Positions 1 to 6,684 of a DNA stretch of 13,604 bases are shown here, in pieces. The stretch is taken from IMG/VR virus record IMGVR_UViG_3300012992_000307; one strand, given 5' to 3'. The DNA comes from a virus. Each line of letters starts with the position of its first letter. The stretch's first letter is position 1. The notes under the pieces are model-generated. The model ran no database searches, had not been told where the DNA came from, and was given only the letters and a program-made list of their open reading frames with translations. The position numbers and the translations under genes are program-made.

Positions 1-257
1 GAGTCGTGCACAGCATGATACGATTTAAATTGTCAGACTATTCATGCAATACTTTACTACGCTAAAGTAATAAAGTGTCAAGTGCATTTTATTAAAGTAA
101 CCTTGCAATAATACAAGAACACGCTGCAGCAGATCATAAACAAAAATACCAGGCCGTGACAGATTGTACTAAATTTAGAACTTGCTACTTGCTATATATG
201 AGTTTATAATTATAAGTGTCAAGGGGAAAGGATAAGGCCTTATTTAGTAACTGTAGT
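1..257. repeat. Left inverted terminal repeat (257 bp)
   Basis: Base-by-base comparison shows 1-257 equals the reverse complement of 13348-13604 with no mismatch. Identity stops at 258 (c versus t). Confidence 0.97.
182..210 (+). promoter_or_regulatory. Inward-facing early promoter inside the left ITR (TTGCTA-N17-TATAAT)
   Basis: -35 TTGCTA lies at 182-187, followed by a 17-nt spacer and -10 TATAAT at 205-210. The -35 sits within a tandem heptamer CTTGCTA-CTTGCTA (181-194). It is about 90 nt upstream of the first + strand gene. Confidence 0.5.
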
Positions 258-301
258 CAAGAAACACTAAATTCTATACCAGATTAAGGAGGTATAACAC
301 A

Positions 302-664
302 ATGTTTAATTTTTCGAACGTAAACAAGGGAACAAGTAAATTTGATTTTCAAATTCCCGAAAATACTGAGTTTTGTAAACTGTCAGAATTGCAGGCAGTA
401 TCTGTCCCGATTGTAGTGCGTGGTTTCTACATCAATAAGAAGGGTAAATTCGCCGACCATCCTGTCGCAATCGTAACATATGGTGAAAATGTAAAGCTAG
501 TCGACTTGCCATCTCATATGACAGATACAATTACAGACTTAATGTCTGATGACGATGCTGTATCTGAAATCAATGCTGGTCGCTGCGGCCTTAAGCCTAC
601 ATCTTACACTTCTAAAAAGTACAATCGGCAGTGCTATAGTGCAGATTTTTACAACATTGAATAA
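302..664 (+). CDS. Hypothetical early protein (120 aa), family not recognised
   Basis: ATG at 302 is preceded by AAGGAGG (286-292) with a 9-nt spacer. It is the first gene downstream of the left ITR promoter and ends 4 nt before the consensus promoter at 668. No motif was recognised by eye. Confidence 0.8.
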   Translation: MFNFSNVNKGTSKFDFQIPENTEFCKLSELQAVSVPIVVRGFYINKKGKFADHPVAIVTYGENVKLVDLPSHMTDTITDLMSDDDAVSEINAGRCGLKPTSYTSKKYNRQCYSADFYNIE

Positions 665-667
665 CTG

Positions 668-696
668 TTGACAATCTTTTAAATAGTTACTATAAT
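668..696 (+). promoter_or_regulatory. Perfect consensus sigma-A/sigma-70 promoter (TTGACA-N17-TATAAT), candidate late promoter
   Basis: TTGACA at 668-673, a 17-nt spacer at 674-690, and TATAAT at 691-696. It lies in the 134-nt gap between the 120-aa gene and the lysin gene. Confidence 0.65.
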
Positions 697-750
697 AACA
701 ATAGAGGTTGCCCAGAATCTCTTGTTGCCATTATATCCCCTTTTTGTGCG

Positions 751-784
751 GTGCAATCCTTAACAGGGTTGCACTTATTTTTAT
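751..784 (+). terminator. Intrinsic terminator/attenuator between the consensus promoter and the lysin gene
   Basis: A 10-bp stem GTGCAATCCT (751-760) / AGGGTTGCAC (765-774, one G-U pair) with loop TAAC is followed by TTATTTTTAT (775-784). It ends 1 nt before the lysin RBS AGGAG (785-789). Confidence 0.6.
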
Positions 785-798
785 AGGAGTTAAAAATT

Positions 799-1260
799 AT
801 GAAATCAATATCAGAAATCGCTCTATCATATTTAGGAGCTAGACAGGGTGGAACAAAACACCTTAAAATTTTAAAAATTTACAACTCAAATAAACCGCTG
901 CCTAGAGGTTATGCAGTGAAGCCGACTGATAATTGGTGTGCGACATTTGTCAGTGCTTGTGCTATCAAATGCCATATAGGTAAATCAATTTATGAGTGTG
1001 GTGCTAACAGGATGTTAGAAAAATTTAAAAAACATGGGTGGTTAGTATCACCCGATAAAGTAGCTAAAAATGATATAATTTTTTATGATTGGCAGGTGAC
1101 GGGGAATTGGTATGACCACGTCGGTATAATTTATAAAGTCACTAAAAATTATGTTTATGTAGTAGAGGGTAATAAGTCACATAAAGTCGGTACCAGGTGC
1201 ATAATTAAGGCAAGCCTTAACAACACTAAAAAATATAGAATTGCTAGAATAGGAGAATAA
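799..1260 (+). CDS. CHAP-domain peptidoglycan hydrolase (endolysin, single-domain)
   Basis: The CHAP catalytic signature is present: Cys in DNWCATFVS, His in YDHVGII, then VVEGN. RBS AGGAG lies at 785-789. At 153 aa it has no room for a cell-wall-binding domain. Confidence 0.85.
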   Translation: MKSISEIALSYLGARQGGTKHLKILKIYNSNKPLPRGYAVKPTDNWCATFVSACAIKCHIGKSIYECGANRMLEKFKKHGWLVSPDKVAKNDIIFYDWQVTGNWYDHVGIIYKVTKNYVYVVEGNKSHKVGTRCIIKASLNNTKKYRIARIGE

Positions 1261-1263
1261 AAA

Positions 1264-1458
1264 ATGCAGGACGTAGTTAATATCATATCACAGGTAGGTT
1301 TCCCAATTTTTGTAGCCATATGGATGCTTTATAAAACAAGTAAAGACAGTGAGGAGATGAGGGAAAGTATCAACGAATTAAAGAACGCTATCACACTTTT
1401 GACAAGTGAAGTAGCACATCATGATAATAATGGAGATAAAAACAATGCAGACTCTTAA
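1264..1458 (+). CDS. Holin-like protein, BhlA/UviB family type
   Basis: The 64-aa protein has one N-terminal TM segment (VGFPIFVAIWMLY) followed by KTSKDSEE and a charged helical tail. This resembles BhlA (..FYVMKTSKERESKL..). It lies immediately downstream of the lysin, with its RBS AGGAG inside the lysin 3' end. Confidence 0.7.
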   Translation: MQDVVNIISQVGFPIFVAIWMLYKTSKDSEEMRESINELKNAITLLTSEVAHHDNNGDKNNADS

Positions 1459-2404
1459 GAGAAAATACAGGGATAATATATCCCTATATGATTTTAAAGA
1501 CAAAAAACAGAATGTAGTTGATATGGTTGACTACATGTTAAATAGGACCAATGCTATGTTCACATGGAAAGGGCTGCCCGACACAATCCCCGCCTGGATT
1601 TTAGAGCTATACTTGCAGACAAATGGAAATGTGATAATTTACAAGTATAACGATAATTTGTATGCTTTTATAGGTGGGTTAGGTGGAGAACCTGATGTGT
1701 ATTTTATGCCAACTATAGCCACGATAGCAAGTCCCGCTCTAAACATATCGAAACAGCTTAAAATACATGAGGAATGTGAGGTTGTTTATAATGATAGCAA
1801 TCTTAAGGGCCTGTTGCCACTTTTAAATAAATATGCTTCTATGCAGGCAGAAAACGAACTATCAATAAGCGTAGCTCAAATCGTTGGCCGGTTACAGTAT
1901 GCAATTTCTGCAGAAGATGACAGAACAAAAAAATCTGCAGAAAGATTTATACAAGGTCTTTACGAGGGTAACATTGAGATTATTGGTGAAAGCAAGTTTC
2001 TGGATAATGACTTAAAAACTCTACCAGTAGCACAAAGTAGTACATCGACCGCCCTGAAACAATACACGGAATTTGAGCAGTATATAAAAGCAAGTTTATT
2101 TCAAGAGTTAGGTTTATCAGCTAATTATAACATGAAAAGAGAAGCTCTTAACAGTTCGGAGAGTTCTATAAATAACGATATACTTTTTCCGCTTGTTGAT
2201 AATATGCTGGAACAAAGAAAACAGGGTTGCGACCGTATAAATAAATTGTACGGAACAAATATATCTGTAAAACTCAATAGCAGTTGGTCTGATAATCACA
2301 AAGAGGAACAGGCCGTAATTGGAAGTCTTGAAAAAAATGAGGAAACTGCAGACCCGACTAAAACAACCCCGACCGATATAAAAGAGGAGATAAAAAATGA
2401 GTGA
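1445..2404 (+). CDS. Portal / head-tail connector protein (phi29 gp10-like upper collar)
   Basis: By-eye similarity to phi29 gp10: FTWKGLPDTIP..LE (phi29 FEWENLPPTINPSFLE), GGEPDVY (phi29 GQRDVY), and GCDRINKLYGTNISVKL (phi29 ACEKINELYGLNVKVKF). ATG at 1445 follows GGAG (1432-1435). The ORF track's alternative start at 1421 lacks an RBS. Confidence 0.85.
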   Translation: MQTLKRKYRDNISLYDFKDKKQNVVDMVDYMLNRTNAMFTWKGLPDTIPAWILELYLQTNGNVIIYKYNDNLYAFIGGLGGEPDVYFMPTIATIASPALNISKQLKIHEECEVVYNDSNLKGLLPLLNKYASMQAENELSISVAQIVGRLQYAISAEDDRTKKSAERFIQGLYEGNIEIIGESKFLDNDLKTLPVAQSSTSTALKQYTEFEQYIKASLFQELGLSANYNMKREALNSSESSINNDILFPLVDNMLEQRKQGCDRINKLYGTNISVKLNSSWSDNHKEEQAVIGSLEKNEETADPTKTTPTDIKEEIKNE

Positions 2405-3509
2405 AAGCACATTAAATTTATGCTATCCAGATGGCATAATCGGCAATGGAATTTTTACCGATTTGCAGAAACTGGATGTACCATGGAAGTCAAAAAATAT
2501 AAATACATCACTGGATATAGCTTATTATGGTAAAAATAGTGGACAGAAAATAGTATCACCGTTTATAGATAATTTTACGGCCGATGATACACCCGTTATA
2601 TCTGATGTAAACCGTGCTATTATAGCAAAATGTCTATTTGATGTGTATGGCGAAAACTGGAAACACCTCTGGGATACAACGCAGCAAGAATATAATATGC
2701 TATGGAATACGGATGCAACTATTGAAGTAGACACAACTAACAGCGGTAAAGACAGTCGGACGTCCTCGGGTGAAGGTAGTGGGACAGATAAGCATGTTTT
2801 ATCTGGAACAGATACCACAACAAAGGATCTGACTGACACACACACACTCGGCGGTAGTGATACAGATACTTTATCTATAACAGGCACTAACACTGACAAG
2901 GAAACTGGAACGGACAAAAACAAGGATAATGATATCACATATCATCATCAAAAAACAATTCAGTTTCATCCAGCTGATAGAAATACAAGTACAGTAACAA
3001 ATAAAACGGCAGGATATAACGAAAGTGACTTTGCCAACGACACACAACAGACGACTGTTGATAATACGGCAATTTTGACACATACTTATACGGATAATTC
3101 AGATGCTAACCCGTATGAGGATAAAAACGGAAAAGATGCTGCGTGGAGAAACTCGGATGAAACTGACAGCGAACGGACTGAAACGAAAGACCTGACCACA
3201 ACGCATGATTTAAATGAAACTGATACTACAACTCATAGTTACGGGAAAACAGACACCGAAACAATCAAAGGCACAGACACGGCCACAACCTACGGCCGTA
3301 CAGACTCTGAAACTATGAGTAACAAAAACCGCAATACAGAAAACGGGACAAATGATTTTACTGGAAAGGAAACAACCCGTAGAACAGGTAATATCGGGAT
3401 CACAACCAATCAGCAGATGATACAGGCTGAGCGGGATCTGTGGAAATGGAATTTTTTCAGTCAGATTTTCGCAGATGTAGACAGATACTTGACATTAGCA
3501 GTATATTGA
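2397..3509 (+). CDS. Putative lower collar / tail tube adaptor protein with a Thr/Asp-rich repetitive core
   Basis: It sits directly after the portal, as phi29 gene 11 follows gene 10, with an 8-nt overlap and RBS GAGGAG. The globular N-terminal and C-terminal parts flank about 220 aa of degenerate T-D-T/GTD repeats. The function is assigned from synteny only. Confidence 0.5.
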   Translation: MSESTLNLCYPDGIIGNGIFTDLQKLDVPWKSKNINTSLDIAYYGKNSGQKIVSPFIDNFTADDTPVISDVNRAIIAKCLFDVYGENWKHLWDTTQQEYNMLWNTDATIEVDTTNSGKDSRTSSGEGSGTDKHVLSGTDTTTKDLTDTHTLGGSDTDTLSITGTNTDKETGTDKNKDNDITYHHQKTIQFHPADRNTSTVTNKTAGYNESDFANDTQQTTVDNTAILTHTYTDNSDANPYEDKNGKDAAWRNSDETDSERTETKDLTTTHDLNETDTTTHSYGKTDTETIKGTDTATTYGRTDSETMSNKNRNTENGTNDFTGKETTRRTGNIGITTNQQMIQAERDLWKWNFFSQIFADVDRYLTLAVY

Positions 3510-3518
3510 TACTATAAT
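3489..3518 (+). promoter_or_regulatory. Internal promoter upstream of the capsid cassette (TTGACA-N18-TATAAT)
   Basis: TTGACA at 3489-3494 and TATAAT at 3513-3518. It overlaps the last codons of the preceding gene and lies 40 nt upstream of the ATG at 3558. Confidence 0.5.
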
Positions 3519-3557
3519 AATCAAAGAGATAAATTTTAGGAAAGGAGATAAATTTAT

Positions 3558-3806
3558 ATGAATGGATATCAGATTGTAGACTTAAAAGACACTGCGCTTT
3601 CGGGAGTGGGAACTAAAGTTAGTGGTGTTTTTGAGTCGATTAAGAACAGTAACAGAAAACCGCTATTACTGACAGGAATAGTAATTGATGGTGCAGAAAT
3701 GAACAGTATTTTTGTATCGGCGACCATTACAAGTGGAAACTATGTAATATCAGCCTACGGAAAAACGATAACAGTTAAACCAGATGACACAATCACGGAG
3801 GCCTGA
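3558..3806 (+). CDS. Small beta-rich protein (82 aa), probable virion component; function unknown
   Basis: RBS AAGGAG sits 8 nt upstream. It ends 2 nt before the capsid gene, and its composition suggests a small all-beta domain rather than a helical scaffold. Confidence 0.7.
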   Translation: MNGYQIVDLKDTALSGVGTKVSGVFESIKNSNRKPLLLTGIVIDGAEMNSIFVSATITSGNYVISAYGKTITVKPDDTITEA

Positions 3807-3808
3807 CA

Positions 3809-4972
3809 ATGGAAGTAAAACAGATTTATGACATCATGAACACAGTTACTAATGAGGTTCTCGGAAAGACCGATTTAGTAAAAGAAGATTTAAGTAACAT
3901 TGTTGACGTTGGAACTGAAGTTTTCAATGCGGATGCAGTTGATAACTATGTTCGTTCACTCGTTGACCATATCGGTAAAGTTGTTTTTGTCAACCGCCCT
4001 TATACAGGAATTGCCCCGTCAGTTCTCATGGATGGGTGGGAGTATGGCAGCGTTCTTGAAAAAATCATGGTAACAAAACTTCCAGAGGCCGTTGAAAACG
4101 AGAGTTGGAATTTACAGAATGGAGCGTCTTATGATGTAAATGTTTTCCACAAGCCTGAAGTATCCGCCAAGTTTTTCAACAAGAGGGTTACTTTTGACAT
4201 TGAAATGTCAATTACTCGTGATCAGGTAAAGAGTTCGTTTGATAATGCAGAGCAGCTCAATGGTTTCATATCCATGATTTACACCGCTATTGACAAGTCT
4301 ATGACTGTCAAGACTGATAATCTTATTTTAAGGACTATCGACAGTATGATTGGAGAAACCCTCGCTGCTGACTTTTCTGACGGTAAATATTCTGAGGGTT
4401 CTGGAATCAAGGCCGTAAACCTTTTAAAGCTCTACAACGATGAGCACGGAACAAAACTCACACCTGCACAGGCAAGGATTAACCCTGACTTTATCCGTTA
4501 TGCCAGCTACATTATACAGTTGTATAAGTCAAGGCTTGCAGGTATCTCTACATTATTTAATATCGGGGGTACGGATAAGTTTACATCATCCGACAGACTT
4601 AAGACGATCTACCTTGCAGAGTTTGCTTCTGCAGCTGGGGTTTTTCTCTACGATGCAAACGGACAGTTAAAAGATGGTAATATCGCTTTACCACAGGCAG
4701 AAACCGTACCATATTGGCAGGCGTCTGGACCGGGTTTCAATTACAGTGATACATCTAAGATTTCAATTGTAACAGGTTCTGGAAAGACAGTTGAGGCAAG
4801 CGGAATCCTCGGTGTCATGTTTGATAGAGATGCACTTGGTGTTTCAAATCTTGAGCGTACTGTCGATAGTGTCTACAACGGCAAGGGTAGATTTTTCAAC
4901 AACTTCTATCACTTCACGAGCGGTTACTTCAATGATAAAAACGAAAACTTCGTTGTTTTCTTTGTAGCGTAA
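3809..4972 (+). CDS. Major capsid protein (phi29 gp8-like, without Ig-like insertion)
   Basis: The N-terminal region YDIMNTVTNE...NYVRSLVDHIGKVVFV parallels phi29 gp8 YDIVNAIRNS...DFITSLVDRIGLVVI. The 387-aa gene has RBS GGAGG at 3797-3801. It is bracketed by its own promoter and a very strong terminator, as expected for the most abundant virion protein. Confidence 0.85.
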   Translation: MEVKQIYDIMNTVTNEVLGKTDLVKEDLSNIVDVGTEVFNADAVDNYVRSLVDHIGKVVFVNRPYTGIAPSVLMDGWEYGSVLEKIMVTKLPEAVENESWNLQNGASYDVNVFHKPEVSAKFFNKRVTFDIEMSITRDQVKSSFDNAEQLNGFISMIYTAIDKSMTVKTDNLILRTIDSMIGETLAADFSDGKYSEGSGIKAVNLLKLYNDEHGTKLTPAQARINPDFIRYASYIIQLYKSRLAGISTLFNIGGTDKFTSSDRLKTIYLAEFASAAGVFLYDANGQLKDGNIALPQAETVPYWQASGPGFNYSDTSKISIVTGSGKTVEASGILGVMFDRDALGVSNLERTVDSVYNGKGRFFNNFYHFTSGYFNDKNENFVVFFVA

Positions 4973-4985
4973 CCGTTGACTTGAG

Positions 4986-5029
4986 CCCCCCAATGTTTCA
5001 CGTGAAACATTGGGGGGGTGTTTTATTTA
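4986..5029 (+). terminator. Strong rho-independent terminator after the capsid gene
   Basis: A 32-nt perfect palindrome CCCCCCAATGTTTCAC|GTGAAACATTGGGGGG (4986-5017) is followed by a T-tract (5021-5029). It is unidirectional, with no T-tract on the other strand. Confidence 0.8.
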
Positions 5030-5043
5030 TAGGAGCAATAAAA

Positions 5044-6684
5044 ATGACAGTAACAGTAGATAATGTAACAGGTTCAAAATGGGTGTTATACCCCCTTGAC
5101 GATAAAGGGGTAAAAGATGGTAATTTTTTACCAATTCTTGTTTTAGAAACTTCAGTAAAATGGGCTGATTTAGATTCGTATCTGGGGCCAATGACGTTTG
5201 AAACGTGGGATATAAACTCACCTGCTTTTGCAGGTGCTAATGATTGGAATACAAGGGTTTTTATTTCAACCGCTGACTATTTTAAAATATATGTATCAAA
5301 CAATAGAATATTTTATGTGGTAACTACTAAATCTGGAGATAAAGTAATTCAACATGACCACCCACCTTTTGGTTCTAAAAGGGCGATAGCTTGTGTATAT
5401 TTTATAGTAGTGCACACCTCAGACGATTATTATGCAGGGGGTACTTATCTTAATGAACCTGACATCGATTACGAGGATTATAACGTAGTATATCCATCTG
5501 CTACAACTATGGGTTCTTGCTCTCCAATATCTAGTATAACATTTGGTACTGGTGGTGACCCCTTGTTATTATGTCCCCGTACAAAAAAGAATGATACGGC
5601 AATCCGTGAGATGATAGGAGCGAGTAAAAGGCAACCTGACAAGGATGACCCGTATGACGGCGGTGATGACAAGGGGGATGATGATAACACCCCAGGTGAC
5701 TACGACCACACATCCGACCCCGTCCCAGAACCTGATTTACCAACCGTATCAGTAACGGATAGTGGACTTGTGACATTGTTTGCACCTACGGAATCTCAGC
5801 TAAAAGCACTTGCAGACTATCTGTGGAGTGATGCTTTTTCATTGGATAATTTTAAAAAGATGTTAAATAATCCTATGGACTGTATATTGGGATTGACTAT
5901 AATACCTGTAAATGTACCGCATGGTGGTGCTAGAGAAATCACAGTTGGCAATATTGTTACTACGGTTAGTTGTGATATCTGCCCGACACAATATGTAAAA
6001 GTTGATTGTGGTACTTTTACATTCAACCGTCATGATATGACTAATAGTTATCTGGACTACTCACCTTATAGCAAGTGCTACTTGTATCTACCATTTATCG
6101 GAGTGCAGGAAATCAACATTGATGATTTTATGCAGTCTACAATGCACGTAGTTTACCATGTGGATATTTTAACGGGTGCGATGTTCTGTTACGTTATGCG
6201 TGATAATAGTGTGATGTATACTTATATGGGACAATGTGCGGAAAATGTACCGTTATCATCTAGCAGTTATTCAAATACCATCGGTTCAATTATGTCAGCG
6301 GCTGCATCAATAGTCGGGGTTGCTTCAGTTGCGGCAACGGGTGGAGCGAGTGCACCAGTCGCAGCTGGATTATTAGCCGGAGCATCTACTTCAACGGCTA
6401 ACGCAGTCACAAGCCTTAAGCCGTCCGTAGCTCATAGTGGGTCTATCGGTGGTGGTGCAGGTATCATGGGTGTCAATTATCCATATTTGATATTTAACAC
6501 ACCGCACGTTTCAATCCCATCAAAACAACGTCATTATACTGGATACCCATCTAATCAGATTGTTAAATTATCTACTTTGAGCGGGTTTAATGTAATACAG
6601 GCCATAAATTTATCTGTATCAGGTGCCAATGACTCTGAAATGAACGAAATAGAAAATATATTAAAAGGAGGTGTTATATTATGA
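5044..6684 (+). CDS. Tail knob protein (phi29 gp9 middle and C-terminal parts) fused to a novel N-terminal domain
   Basis: ATG at 5044 follows AGGAG (5031-5035). The track's TTG start at 4981 would run through the terminator hairpin. The C-terminal half parallels phi29 gp9: YSPYSKCYLYLPFIG versus MMYPYCVTEITDF. The Ala/Gly-rich hydrophobic loop ...GGASAPVAAGLLAGASTSTANAVTSL parallels ...GGSALGMASSVTGMTSTAGNAVLQM. The tail GYPSNQIV...FNVIQ...SGANDSEMNEIENILKGGVIL parallels GYKINRV..FNYVQ..ISGDINNNDLQEIRTIFDNGITLW. The N-terminal ~190 aa are unrelated and are joined by an acidic, Pro-rich linker. Confidence 0.75.
   Translation: MTVTVDNVTGSKWVLYPLDDKGVKDGNFLPILVLETSVKWADLDSYLGPMTFETWDINSPAFAGANDWNTRVFISTADYFKIYVSNNRIFYVVTTKSGDKVIQHDHPPFGSKRAIACVYFIVVHTSDDYYAGGTYLNEPDIDYEDYNVVYPSATTMGSCSPISSITFGTGGDPLLLCPRTKKNDTAIREMIGASKRQPDKDDPYDGGDDKGDDDNTPGDYDHTSDPVPEPDLPTVSVTDSGLVTLFAPTESQLKALADYLWSDAFSLDNFKKMLNNPMDCILGLTIIPVNVPHGGAREITVGNIVTTVSCDICPTQYVKVDCGTFTFNRHDMTNSYLDYSPYSKCYLYLPFIGVQEINIDDFMQSTMHVVYHVDILTGAMFCYVMRDNSVMYTYMGQCAENVPLSSSSYSNTIGSIMSAAASIVGVASVAATGGASAPVAAGLLAGASTSTANAVTSLKPSVAHSGSIGGGAGIMGVNYPYLIFNTPHVSIPSKQRHYTGYPSNQIVKLSTLSGFNVIQAINLSVSGANDSEMNEIENILKGGVIL

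Noticed and set aside
194-222. Outward-facing promoter in the ITR (TTGACA on the - strand at 222-217) that could make a pRNA-like RNA running to the genome end, as in phi29
   Set aside because: The best -10 candidates (TATATA at N18, ATATAT at N17) lack the conserved final T. No terminator or convincing multi-helix fold was seen in the ~190-nt terminal segment. It is kept only as a low-probability idea to test with RNA-seq.
2525-3083. Two - strand ORFs (137 and 70 aa) inside the collar gene
   Set aside because: They are antisense artefacts of the Thr/Asp repeat region (ACn/GAY codons read as Val/Ser on the other strand). They have no RBS and low-complexity translations.
4981-5043. TTG start at 4981 for the tail-knob ORF (N-terminal extension MSPPMFHVKHWGGVLFIGAIK)
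   Set aside because: The extension is the translation of the 32-nt palindromic terminator and its T-tract. A canonical AGGAG-N8-ATG start exists at 5044.
4440-6026. An alternative-frame + ORF in the capsid gene (4440-4670) and four - strand ORFs in the tail-knob gene (5027-6026)
   Set aside because: They are short, lack an RBS and have composition-driven translations. They are embedded in genes with recognisable phi29-family similarity.
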